This document shows, in pieces, positions 37,185-50,301 of a stretch of 64,000 nucleotides of DNA. The position numbers and the translations under genes were made by a program. Source of the DNA: Adineta vaga (Eukaryota > Animalia > Rotifera); the NCBI GenBank assembly GCA_021613535.1, contig CP075494.1, forward strand, positions 13,330,001 to 13,394,000, given 5' to 3'. A model generated the notes under the pieces. That model had not been told where the DNA came from and did no database searches. It saw only the letters and a program-made list of their open reading frames with translations. Each line of letters starts with the position of its first letter. The stretch's first letter is position 1.

Positions 37185-37800
37185 TTTGGGTGTGTGTATG
37201 TTTGTCTGTGTCAGGGTCAAAGGTCATCATCCAAAATACGACGCCTCAACGTGAGAAGTGTATGATCAAAAGATCAAAGGTCAAAAGAATATTTTTTTCG
37301 AAATTGTCCATTCAGTCAAAAGAATTCGATACATGATGGATTCTAACGTTAAACAAACAAGTTTCTAAGCTTCTAGGGTTATTCAATGACACAACTGTTT
37401 TTAATAATGAGACGTGGACCGATGAGAGTTTTTCATGGCCTAGCATCACTTACATTTGTTTCTTTGACCTTAGATTTTAGATCGATCATGTTTCTTCGTT
37501 CAAAAAATCCAGTCAACTACGGATTTTTCGATACTCACCTATGGACCAATATAATGTTTTATCAGGCTAGATATTGGGTCAGTCAAAAATTCTATAATGG
37601 TTTGTTCCTTTGATTGTGGTGATGGTCATGCGAAAAAAAAGTTTGCATATGTGTTTGAGAATGTCGATATGGGTCAAGAGAATACCGCTTAGGACTAGAC
37701 GTAGTTTAAAAAACCCATGATTCCGGTACTCCCGGGAGGTTCTGAACCGCTATATTATGAAGATATTCATAGCTTCTGAAAGGAGCAATTTTAATAAGCT
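37185..37800. mobile_element. Probable relic of a non-autonomous DNA element (HINE/Helentron-like)
   Basis: Degenerate GT/GTCT microsatellite followed by repeated (g/a)gtcaaaggtca motifs and an inverted tttgacctt copy at ~37463. No credible ORF. Confidence 0.35.
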
Positions 37801-38159
37801 TATATGGCTGTAAGATCTGTAAAAAATATAAGACAACACGACTGAAGTCTACAGAAGCTATAAAAGTATTTGAGACGTTAAAGTGTGAAGCCCTAGTTTA
37901 TTTATAGGCATATATATATATATATATCTAATGTATGTATGTGCCTATTGGATTTTAGCTCAACCTTTGAAATAGTGTACCATTAACAAGAAAGAAAAGC
38001 CATGCAGTATGAACGAGTTTACGCTGGTGCCATCAAAACGCCATGGTAGATGTATGCAGTCTATTAACGTGCTTCTTTTATGCAGTATGGAATAGATTAG
38101 CAGTGAGCATGTGAATATATGGTATTTTCATCTGTTTGTTCGACACTCCAAACACATCT

Positions 38160-38285
38160 TGATCTGCTTCTGGAAAAGAGGCGTTTGCGAGCCCCCTGCT
38201 TTCGAAAATTTCGTTTTTTTGCTCGCCAAAATGATACAATAGGATTTGCGCCCTCCTCGTATGACACCCGAGTTACGCCCCTGCC
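38160..38285 (-). mobile_element. GC-rich fragment resembling a hAT-like MITE end (CAGGGGCGTAACT...)
   Basis: The minus strand from 38283 reads caggggcgtaactcggg. Only a degenerate partner is present, near 38166. Confidence 0.3.
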
Positions 38286-39116
38286 TATAACCCTTTCTTT
38301 CAGAAAAAGGAACATTGAAATTGAATGATTTTCTTTTATTGCCTCATGAGAATGTTGCTTATCGATTTCTTGGAAAGATAAGCGACCAAATGGCATAATA
38401 AGAATTTTAGTCTAACTCATATTGCAAAGAGTAATGTTAGCATCAACGACTTTGATCTGAATATTTGTATTTCGTGTACTGTGCAAGTTAAATAAATTCT
38501 TAACTTTGTCTTCTTCAAGCTATGAATCGATTTGTTAAAAATCTCTGAGAATGTTCGTAATGATATAAAGAATACGAAGTATACTCGTGTTAAATGATAA
38601 ATCTCATCAATATCTACACATAAAACCTCAGTTGCGTCCTCAAGTTATAAATAATTCTTGACCAGGTGATGGTCAAATCTTTCATTTATCTCGTCTTCTC
38701 CCCGCTCACCCACACCCACACCTTCAGTTTCAAACAATCAGAAATATGGCTATCAATTTTACAATGAAAGTTTTATGAACAATTTCAAGAATATTTATAC
38801 ATTCGGTACACATCTCGTTCACTGTTTAAAGATTCTATTTTAGGACATCTTTGTTATTGATTATTCTGGTTATTTATTTAATTGGAAAAAAATGTCCAAC
38901 AGAACGGTACAATATTTGTCTACCAGGTCATAGAATGCATGATATATAGCCATTTATTTTCATTCACATTGCACAATCATTTATTTTATTTATTTATTTA
39001 TATTGACTTCAAACTGAAAAGAACGAAATAAAGAAGAAAACTGTGACAATAAGAAATTCGAAGCACCACAGGGATTATAAGTATCTATATTTGTTTTCTG
39101 TTTCTCTTAATTTACA

Positions 39117-40525
39117 CTAAGTAGTGGTATTTGTAGTTAATAGTCGTTCATTTTCAAGCGTATCTGTTGTTATTGCGGTTGAATTCGTTTCAATTCTAAT
39201 CTTTTGATTATCATTTGAATTGACTTTTAACGTAACACCTCTCATCGGTTGTTGTTTACGTTGAATAGCATTAAAAGCTGCATTTTTCCCAGTTTGACTT
39301 GTATCATTTCCATTTTGTTTTGTCAAATGATTTGATATAAGTTTTGAACATGTTAAAAATTGTTGAAATGCTTTTCGAAATGGTTCTGATAAGAAAGCAT
39401 ATAAGATTGGATTAACACATGCAGATATATACACAAGACTTTGAGCAACAATAGCAAATAAGATTGTTACTTTATTATGATGTGTATGTATTAAATAGAT
39501 TTGCATTGGTGTCCAACAGATGATAAAAGATGATATAACAGCAGATACCATTTTTGTTACACGTTTTTTACCTTTTGCAACTTGTTGACCTTTCGCATTT
39601 TTACGTAAAACATTGATAATCAAACCATAGAGTATAACAATAATGATTAATGGAACAATTAAACCAAATAATGCAAAAAAATAAGCTGTTACTCGACGTG
39701 CCGTATTTAAAAATGGTTTATCAGCACGAAATAAACAAACTCGAACATCCGCAGTTGTATCAACTAGTAATACATCGTAATAAAACCTTCAAGAAAGAAA
39801 AGAATACAAAAAACTAATCTATTCAATATTTGCAAAGCTTACATATTCGGTGAAGCAAATATAATTCCAATTAACCAAACAAAAATGACGGCTAAATGTG
39901 CATTACGTTCTATTCGATATTTCGTTGATTTAACAGCGAAAACAACGCCAAGAAATCGATCAACAGACATTAAAACAAGAATATAAATACTAACATATGC
40001 ACTTAAATACATCAATGTATTTGCTAATTTACATAGAAGACTTGGAAAATTGTATGAATGAACAACATAAACATAGATCGTATGTGGTATACACATGAGA
40101 ACAAAAGATAAATTTGCAATTGCTAAATGTAAAATCAATGCATTTGTTGTATTACGCATTTGTTTAACTGTAACAACAGTTAGAATGACAAGAATATTTC
40201 CAATAGTACCAATGACAAAAACAAGTGAATAGAGTGGGATTATGAGATAGAGAAGATAATCAGATGCTTCATCATCAGTTGATAAATTTTCAGGAGAAGT
40301 TGTCGTATAATTGAAAAGAGTTGAATTGGATAAGGTTGTTTCGTTTGTTGACATGGTATTGAAATTATTAAGAAGATATTCAAGTGAATAATAACGCCAA
40401 TTAGGATGCGAAGATGAATATGAATATTGCTGTAGATCAGATGACGAGACACCGGGCAGAAGACGAGATAGTTGATATGATGATCCATGTGGATTGGTTG
40501 AAGAATAATCGATCTCGCCGAACAT
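39117..40525 (-). CDS. Allatostatin-A/galanin receptor-like class A neuropeptide GPCR, 2 coding exons
   Basis: GTIGNILV, MRNTTNALILHLA, LVLMSVDRFLGVV, KKRVTKMV...CWTP and SACVNPILYAFLSEPFRKAF. Intron ~39788-39842. Confidence 0.9.
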
Positions 40526-43500
40526 ATCCAAATTTGAAGGAACGATGAATTAATTCTTTAGAAAAAAGAAAACATCGATCAATCAAATTGCTTTTCCCAT
40601 GAGTCATTATAGTTATCTCAAAGAGTGAATATCAATCAACTGATTGATTTAGATTGATCAAAGATAATTGTATACATAATGATTAGAATTTTTATTTCGA
40701 TATTTAACAAATCGTCAGGGAAAAGAGAAAATATTTCTTATCACATCGACATTAAAATTCATTGCAATTGTTTGGTTTTCTTTCTCCGTTCTCTTTCTTC
40801 AAAAGAGTAACAATAGTTTTCTTTGTTCGATGTAGTCAAAATAGTACTCTTATTGATAGTTAACTAAATGAATTCTTAGCAATACGGAGTCTTTTAACCG
40901 TCATGTAGTCTCTCTATGACTTAGTTTTTCTTTTCTATCCGAAAGACGAAAACGATCGAACGAGACATGTGCCGGAAAATAGTTTGCCTCTTAGAATTAA
41001 TTATCCGCAATGGATACGAGTCGATTAAATCGTGTGATACTTTGTCAACGAACTAAATATGAGTATCATTGATTTTCGTCGAAAAATAACATCTTCTCGT
41101 TCGTTATTTTCGAAATATTTATGTACATATAAATGTTTGTTTTTTTCGATAGAACGATCGAAAAACATACTTCTCACGTCAACATATCTCTTGAGAAAAT
41201 ATCTAACGATTAGTTCGTTGTTATTGACGTTGAACGGAAGTCTCATTTGGCTCGAATATGATTTGAATTTATAGCAAGACGGATGAAAGCGGCAAGAGAA
41301 AAAAGAAACGGATTAGAAGATACATTTAGTCTAACTGTGATCGTGATATAACTTAAAATAATCAATACCTACTTGTGAATAACTTTATGTTTGATGAGTG
41401 TAAAAGAAAAAAAGAAAAATAGGATATTTTTCTTATCTATCTCACTACTCCACCCACACATGAGATATGAAATATTGATTGGACAGAATAATGAAGAAAT
41501 AGAAGATGATGATGTAGAATCACATATGTTTTTAATCGATCTATTAGTCCATCGAACTAAAAACGATCGTTTCCATTCATTTGATTATTCAATAGATTTA
41601 TCTAATCTACCTGACAAATCAATATGCTATTATTATTTTTCTCGAATAAACATAACTACGAATCATTTGACAGAATCATTCATCTCTTTCCATTCATATA
41701 CGTTTCCAAAAGAGTAATCAACTGAATAGATTCAATGATTTTTATTAAAATAAGAACTAAAGGAAAAACAAACGATAGAAATGAAACAAAGCATCTCCAG
41801 ACATATTGTTTTGTATTCAAATACTATGATTTGTTATTCAAAGAAGCCGACAAATCAGTGATATTTTTCTTCGTACTAATGAAGATAATTAGAAGACAGA
41901 ACATCATTTCTTTAACATTCCTTTTCCTGTCATTATTACCAATAAGCTTCTTCGAAACATAGCCCTAGGAATAACATCATATGTCTCTTATTTCTACATG
42001 ATCGCTAAATTAGCTCATATTTCTATTCAGACGTGAATATATGATCTTCTGGAAGATGCTAACGAGAGTAGAAAAAAAAAGTAGATTAATGAGTAAAAAT
42101 AAACAATACATCGAATGGATGAGATATCTTTGGATATGTTTATGTATGATTAACGTACCCGATGCCATCCTTGGTTATTTTTGCGTGAACGTTTTTGTGT
42201 TATTGAGATACTTGTTGTCAATCGTTCGCAAATGTGTTGTGAAGACTTGTGCGGCGATAGATAGATATATATATATATGTGCGGGCGTACGAACAAAGCT
42301 CAAGAGTCTTGGAAAGTTGTCAACATTAAGTGGAGGAAGCAATCACGAGAAGACGAGCAGAAGACTTTTTGCTTCTGCTTTTCACTTTCTCTTATTTCTC
42401 TGTCTTTTTTTTCTGTTGAATTTCTAATATAGAGAGATATTGCTAGTAGAAAGAACAATACTTCTCGGAGTTTTTCTCTCTCGTCCGACAAAAAATACAA
42501 ATACATCAGACGTCAAATAGTGAAGTGCATAGCTTTCTTCTTCCTCTTCTTCTTCTTCTCCTCCTTTTTCACTGAAGTCTTGTATTACATTTGTTAGTTT
42601 TTTGTTTTGTTACTAAAGAATGTCAAATATGCATAGTCAAAACACTCGACTTGTCTCATTAATAAGACAGCTTCTTAGGTTTTCATATGTCTTTAGTTTT
42701 GCTAACAATCACATTACTTGTTTTGTCTCAATAGGAGTCAAACTAATGAAAACATGATGGAAATCAGTAATTGAAAACATGTCGAAGTTGGTTTTTTTTC
42801 TAGTCAAGAAGATTTCTATAAGTATTTTCCATGTGACACATATGTTTTATTTCAAACGTCAAAAAATATGAACGAACAAATAAAGAAATATATGTTTGTT
42901 AACATCCTTACGGCTATTTTTTAGTTTAGTGTCGAACAATGAAACGACAAATTTAAATATCCTCAATTTAATGGAATAAAATGTTACAGATCGGAAATAG
43001 TTTTAAATGAACGAAGAAACCTGTTTTTTTTTATTATTATCTCAACGGAACCAACGGCTTAAAGGCAAATATGTAAAATTTCACAGATTTCGAAAATAAG
43101 AACTCGAGATGTTAAGCAAACATTCTCCGAAACAGTTCGATGTATGTGAATAACTGAATTATTTTTAAATTTAATCAGATCGCACAAGTATTTTGTTGTA
43201 CTTATTAATCTTCAGAAATACGAAAATCACGATCGTCTGTCAGATAAATGTTCATTAACACCGAAAAATCAATATGAATTTTTCTTTTTTTCCGATCACA
43301 TCAACACTTTTACTGTTCTCTGTTAGATTCGATGATTTCCTTCAAAAATACATCTATCTCTCTCCTAAACAACTTTTAATCTCATTAGAAAAGAAAAACA
43401 GAACATAATCCATTTATAATTAGATTCTATATCAAAAACCAACTGCCTTACATACATAAAAATAGATCATATTAGTCAATTACAACTCTATTGTGTCATT

Positions 43501-45779
43501 TCATGTGAACATTTTCCTACAGTAAAATTATTCTCTTTTTTCTCACATGCAATGCCATAAGCGAATTGAAATAAAACTCAATCGTTCAAATTATTTCTTG
43601 ATACATTTGTATATCGCAGTTCTATAGACTCACATTTATAAATTCTTCTATTTCTTTTTATATCTTGCGAATAAAGTAAATTCTAAAAAAGAATTTATAT
43701 CTCTCGATGATTATGATTAAATGAATAGAATAATAATAGTATTACTGCCATTGAAATGTTATAGCATGCAGTAATCATAAAAGAAAAACCCTCTGAATAC
43801 GCTTTCTATTTGAACATATCGTTTGTTAACAAACTGAAAAGTCAGATATGAATGAATATCTCGAGAAAAAAAAACTTACCACAATAAACAATGTTTCTTT
43901 CTTGTACAAAAGAGAAGAAAATGAATAGCAGACAAATAATCTACCAGATATTCATAGATTCGCAAGAGAGGGACAAAGATAGAAACACATACATAAACAA
44001 AACAAAAGAGATACTCAAGCAAAAAAAAAGAATTATTAATGGAATCATAAAGGCACTTTTTCATTATTATCTGCACACTTTGTCTTTTCTTTTTTCTTGT
44101 TCGTCACTTGTCAACTGAGCAAACAATACATTTACTTCAAAAGAATAGAAAATATGCCTTCTCAGTATCGATATAGTTAAAGGCGAAATAGGAAATGAAA
44201 TTTTATAAGTTTTATTACATACTATTGACAATCATATGGGACTTTCTTTCTCTCTCGATTTAATCATCGATTAGTACATCGCGTTCTATTCTCAAGATTC
44301 ATTAGACTATGATCTTCTGCATTGTTGCAGAAGAAAATTTATCATTCGATCAATAAACGCATAGAATTATCTAAAGCATGAATAATATTTTGTTTTTTTT
44401 CTATTAGATTGATTCAGAGAGAGAGAGGGAGAGAGAAAAATGAATCGAACAGATCTACAATTGTTCACTTACAAAAATTAAGTTAATAATAAATCCTTGC
44501 CATTTTTATCATTAAAGAAAAGAAATTCTTTTGCATGATTAATTAGAGATACTTCAGTTATTTTTTAAAAGATAACCATCAATGAGTAATTGAAAATAGT
44601 TACACAAGGACATGTGAGAGATCTGATCAAGTGTTGTTTGATGTATCCCCCGAGAGTGTAGATAAGAACGAAGGAAGAGATGTTCTGTCATAATGATCGA
44701 GTATTGAAGTTGAGAAAATAAAAGACTGTTTGTGTGCATTTGTCATTGGGATAAGTAGAAGAAATAAGAGGAAAAAAAGAGATTCGAGATCGATATTGAA
44801 CACAGATTTTCTTTTTCCTTTTGATTCATTCGTCTATTCAGTTGGGCAATGTACTCTATGAGACAAAACGAAGGATTATCGGGTGTCATTGAAAGAAGCA
44901 AAAGAAGAAGCAGAAGAGAATAACACCAGTTTTTTTCGCCTCGAAGATGAGCAACAATCGATTGGGCGGAAACACAATTTGTTATTGTTCGATCGTTGTC
45001 AATGACTTAGTTTCTTTTACACTAGAATTAATACAGCATTTGGCAAAGAAATTTTAAATACTATTTGTGTATATATGGAGATGTTTAAATAGACTAGAGA
45101 ATTATCGATAGAATGGAAAAAAAAGATTGATAGTGCAAGGATTTAAATCTTCACTCTCAGAAGAAATTTGCTCCCTGTACTATTCAATTAATCGGCAGAC
45201 TTTGTAACTACTTTAGTACACTGTTTTTTGACGAAATTGTAATTTAAAAAGAAAGAGTTAATCATAAACTAAGTTACATATAAATTTGTAGAATCAACAT
45301 ACAACAATATATATTTGCTCGAATTCACTTTCATTCATGACTGTCAAGTTTCTTACGAATGCATCGGAAAAGAATTGACTTTACCAACGCTTGATGATGA
45401 TGAATATGCAAAATATAACATAGTGATAAGGTTAAGATTGTCTTCTTAAAATGTAACGAAAGCCATCGATTGCTACGTCGTCAGTCAAGAGGAAGAGATG
45501 ATAATGTATGCAATCGAAAACATGATCTACGAAGAGAGGATGCGCGTAGTCTCTAGTTAGCAACTATTTTTCTGATTTTTGTTGATAAAAATCAGTTGCT
45601 TCTTTATAATAAATATAAAATTTGTGATGAATTATTGAATTAAGAGGGATAGAATTGAACGACAATGAAAGGATTCCAACCTTCACTCGCATAGTGAATT
45701 TGCTTACTACATTATTCAAATAGTAGGCACACTTCGTAATCACATGAGTACAATATCTGTTAGATTGAATGCAGATCAT

Positions 45780-46216
45780 TTATTTGCGTAAGATTGAAAT
45801 GAATAAATTTTTGAATATTACAAACATAAAAGACAGAAGAATCAAAATAGGCATTGGATACGAGTACTGTCCTTGATTGCAAAGATGACTCAGGCAACAG
45901 AAAGAATTAGAACTGGAAATACATCTTTGACCCGATGAACCACGAATGATAATACCCATTATAATATTCTTCTGAAAAATGATTAAAAAATATTCTAATC
46001 TCAAAAGATAAAAATTCTATTTACATAACACCAATCATTTCCATCGACATTGATACGTAGTGTTGTAATATTATTGAATACTTCATCGCACATTGTACAA
46101 TGATAACATTGTTTAGTTAGAGTGTTTCGAACTAGGAAAAGCAGTTGATAGTCGATGATCGAATAAGAATTCAACTTACCTAGGAAGAAGATAATTATAA
46201 CCGATGTCAATGACAT
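45780..46216 (-). CDS. Ly6/uPAR three-finger (quiver-like) protein, probably GPI-anchored, 3 exons
   Basis: Signal peptide, QCYHCTMC, WCYK, RG, CCLSHLCN and a hydrophobic C-terminal tail. Confidence 0.75.
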
Positions 46217-46466
46217 AGTTTTATATTTGAAAATAGGATTTACTGATTATCCTTCTTTAAAAGAAAGTATGAATATTTTATCGCATTGTTGAATGATGAA
46301 AGAAAGGTTGAAAATTCCTTTTTATCGATAAGCATAAGAGTACTGCATACATATCGAAATGAGTTATCGACAATGACGTCTTGTTTAACAAGGAATTTAT
46401 TAGTGAAACAAAAAAAAAATTTTTAGAAAAAATATACAAGTTAGCTTGATTAATTTTTTTCATCGT

Positions 46467-47608
46467 TTACTTTCGTCGTCGATTATCCATAATATAGAGA
46501 ATTCGAATGAATAAATTGATAAAATCAAGGTAAATACTAAGTGCATCATTTATGGGTGATAATTGTCTTTTATCATTAGCTGTTTCTGCATGTGCAATGA
46601 TTTTTTTTGTATCCCATAAAACAAGACCAGAAAAAACAGCAACTCCACCATAGATTGAAACATTTTCTAAGACTGATAAAGTACGTATAGCTGTTACTGG
46701 TAATAGAAGAGATCCAAACGAAGCAAGACATACAGTAACGAGACCAGCCACTAAAAGGATAAATAGAAGAATATGTCTTAGAAATAAGTCTGATTTGAAT
46801 ACTTATTCAAACTTACTAAGTGGAGCACCTAACCATAGATACTGTTCACGACGTGCTGTCATACCAACGGCAGAAATTGAACCAACGATTCCTGTTGTCA
46901 TCAGAGCGGCACGAGCAAGTAATGCTGGTTGCATAAAACATAATGGTGCTAATGAAAGACCCATAATACTATTAAATAAAGTCCATGATCCATATTTAAG
47001 TCCTGGTTGACGTTGATCATCGATAGCCATCGTCATATACAGAGAGCCTATGGTGCCTACAAGTGTTACACCTAAGTATGCCCATTTATTCACTACAACA
47101 AACATTGTTCATTCGATTTAAAGTAATACAAGTGATGAAATCTTACTGCTCATGAAACGTGCCGACCATCCATTTCGATGAAAAGCATATGCAAATGCTC
47201 CTGTCATACCAAGACCACCAGCAAAATGTGCATAGGTTGAACGTAAATGTTCTTTGACAATCGATGAAAAAGCTCGATTTGCTTCGACAGCATCAGTAAA
47301 AGACATTTGGTTCGATTTTGTTAACGTTCCAGGTGCTGCAATAGTTGGACTATTGAGAACCTAATTAACAATCGAAATCATTGAAATGAAAGATGATTTT
47401 AAATTAGATTTTTTGTTTTTCTTACTTTATTTAATAAGTATCCGGCACCACCGATAGCAACAAGAGCAACCCCACCTCGGATTAGTGCTTGTTGTTGTCG
47501 GTTAGCTGCACGTTGATTAACAGCAATTGATTGTGTTCGCTTCAAAACTTGATGCGATAAAGATGAACTTAAACGCATCGTTGGTAGACGAATAAGCAGT
47601 GGCAACAT
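46467..47608 (-). CDS. GHITM: GHITM/MICS1 (TMBIM5; Bax inhibitor-1 family) mitochondrial membrane protein, 4 exons
   Basis: Arg-rich presequence, VKEHLRSTYAHFAGG, RAALMTTGIVGSIS...YLWLGAPL, SIYGGVAVFSGLVLWDTKK and PINDALSIYLDFINLFIRIL. Confidence 0.92.
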
Positions 47609-47785
47609 TTTCGTTTAGCTTAGTGAAGTAGCAAAATGTGATGAAAAATGAAATGAATGATGAAGTTTCTAGAATATTCAACAAAAATAATAGAGATTTA
47701 TATGAATGATGAAATCGTTTTTTCCTATTTGTTTTTATTCGTAACCAATAAAAAGAGTAGGCAAAATATTGTCGCTAGTAGTTGT

Positions 47786-48241
47786 CTATTCCGAAATTGT
47801 TAGATCGAACATGAATGCGTATTCTCCAGTAGCTTTCAATGTTTTCGTTGTATAAACTGCTGTACATCTGCGTAATACATCATTGTTGGCACCACATGTA
47901 TACGTACATGTCAAATTGTTAACAGATAGTCTTGGAAAATTCAAAAAATATAACGTGTGTGCAGTCAAAGTTAATAAAGTTCCACATGGTGACGAAGACC
48001 ATGTACCTTGAATAGCACTTTGAGGACTACCAGTGTCAGGAATAGTAATTAGAACAACAAAATTTCCGTTGGATGATAGAAGTAAAGTTCCAGAATAGGA
48101 CATTATACCCGGCGAAGAGATAGTCATATCATAACGAATCGATGTTGAAATTGTTGTTGAAGTTGGACATAATATTAGTGATGCCAATGCTTGAAAATTT
48201 AAAAACGAGCAAATAAAAAGACTTCGAAAGATGAAAATCAT
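47786..48241 (-). CDS. Uncharacterised small secreted, beta-strand-rich Cys-containing protein
   Basis: Intronless ORF from MIFIFRSLFICSFLNFQALAS (signal-like), about 151 aa. No family recognised. Confidence 0.55.
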   Translation of the reverse strand: MIFIFRSLFICSFLNFQALASLILCPTSTTISTSIRYDMTISSPGIMSYSGTLLLSSNGNFVVLITIPDTGSPQSAIQGTWSSSPCGTLLTLTAHTLYFLNFPRLSVNNLTCTYTCGANNDVLRRCTAVYTTKTLKATGEYAFMFDLTISE

Positions 48242-48439
48242 AGTGTAATGGGTAGATAAATGAAAAGAACCGTATATTATCGTAACAAATACAACTGAAT
48301 AGATGAAATCAAGCATGTAATCATATAGTGACAACGTTTCTTTTTTTCGTTTATTTATTCAAAAATATCAATGCGAAACACACACACATAATATCAGTAG
48401 AACGTCTTTTATTGATTAAGGAAAAGAATAGTTGCAAGA

Positions 48440-48989
48440 TTAAATTGCTGTATAACCACCGTCAGCAGTTAAATTAGCATCTGTTATAAATGCACATAAA
48501 TCTGATGCAAGAAAAACAACCAAATTTGCAATTTCTTGTGATGATAAAGAACAATATGTCTGATCATTAGAGCATACTCACAAACATTAACATCTAATGT
48601 ATGTGACCAAGCCTCATCTGAAAGATCTTCGAGGAAACCTAAAGTAAAATCAGCAGTAATAAAATAATGAAAGATCAACTTAGTATGATATTCAAACTAA
48701 TCATACTCATACATACACATTGACGAGTACATGAATAGTACCCCATTTGTTTACAACAGTTTTTACTTCTTGTTCATTAACTGTATCAAGTTCTAAACTT
48801 ATAACTCGATCTGATTCTTGTTTTTGTCCTTCGACAATATTTGCTACTACTTTATCTGTAGCTACTTTATTTATATCAGATACTACAATTCGAGCACTTT
48901 GCAAAGCACATGTTTGAGAAATAACAGAGCCAATACCACCACCGACACCCGTAATAAATACAACTTTATCCTGTAAAATGTGTTACCAT
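48440..48989 (-). pseudogene. Classical (FabG-like) SDR pseudogene with frameshift and internal deletion
   Basis: LQDKVVFITGVGGGIG...WGTIHVLVN...WSHTLDVNV, then jumps to EIANLVVFLASDLCAFITDANLTADGGYTAI*. The YxxxK segment is absent and the ATG is out of frame. Confidence 0.8.
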
Positions 48990-49229
48990 TGATTATTTTC
49001 GGTTGTGATTGTATAGATGGATAAATAGACAGAAACTATATATAGTCTAATTGATCATCTCGTTCTTTGTCTTTTATTTTAAGACATGTTTTTTGTCTAG
49101 AGTTTTCATTGTTTATCACATAGGAATATAAAACAAATAGTCAACAAAGAAAAGAGTGAAGAAAACGAAAAGGTGAGATCATTATTATACATTGTCTTTT
49201 GACGAGAATATTCATTATGATTGATAAAT

Positions 49230-50099
49230 TTAAGCAAGACGAAAATCTTCCAAATCGCTACGTGGTAAGACATTTAATGAAAATTGATTTGGAAAATTAC
49301 CCGGTGGATAATAAAGTGCAACACCGTACCTAAAATAAAACAGATATTCTCTTCTGAATAGAAAATAAGACAAAGATATTTACCATTGTTTTTTATCTTC
49401 TGTTTGGCAACGACCAAAACCAACTTCTTTTGTATTTTTCCAAACAAGTTGTGAAAAATGAAGACTATTCTCTTGTAAATCACTATTGAAATCATGTCGT
49501 CGAACTTCGCGATACCACATTTCAGTCATACGATCACCTCGAAGAATTGGACCAATAAAATAAGCAAGACTTTCACCTAAAACTGAACCTTGATAACGTC
49601 GCCATTGATCAGGACTATGTTTAAGTTCATTTAATCGTGCTAATTCACGTGCCCAATCACCTGCCGCTTTATTCAAATATTCATTTGCTGTCAATGGTGC
49701 AACACCATGTTGTATACGATATTGATTATGTTCCATTAAAGCTTCAATAGCAAATTTTCCATCATCATAATCTTCAATATCTAATGGATTATCTATTCCA
49801 TCTTGTTTATTTTGTTCAACAGGAACGAAGACACTTTGTTGTGGTTTTGTAATACCCCAATCTTTATTGTATAAACGTTTGTCTCCTGTTTTCGGATCAA
49901 TTTGATTTAATCTTCGATGATGACAGAAATAATAAATGATGGCTCCATTAACAGCAATTAAAGCAACGACAGCAAGACAAAGAATTAACCAAACATACCA
50001 ATAATATTGAAAGAAAGCAGTGACTTGATCAGCTGAATTCAATTGACCAAGACCAGTAAAGAAGTTTTGAATATCACCAAAGACATTATTTTGACTCAT
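49230..50099 (-). CDS. CAP/SCP-domain (GLIPR2/GAPR-1-like) protein with N-terminal transmembrane helix, 2 exons
   Basis: TM segment YVWLILCLAVVALIAVNGAIIYYF, then HNQYRIQHG, GESLA, WYRE and HFSQLVWKNTKEVGFG. Last exon WYGVALYYPPGN. Confidence 0.9.
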
Positions 50100-50254
50100 T
50101 CTTACTTACGAAGATAAGATTTTATCAGATACTGTTTCAAACAAATCGAAGTTCACGTGTAAAGAAGAAATTCTTGAAAAAAAATTGCGTTTGTAGTGAA
50201 GTTTGTTTCTTCTTTTATTGTTGTTGTGTGTACACGCCCTCCTTTCTTTTAAGT

Positions 50255-50258
<4 letters not shown>

Positions 50259-50297
<39 letters not shown>
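50259..50297. repeat. (TC)n microsatellite upstream of the CAP gene
   Basis: Perfect TC run. Confidence 0.95.

Positions 50298-50301
<4 letters not shown>

Noticed and set aside
41025-45779. Numerous 60-130 aa ORFs in the ORF track
   Set aside because: Low-complexity F/L/I/K-rich translations of AT-rich non-coding DNA, with no motifs or splice structure.
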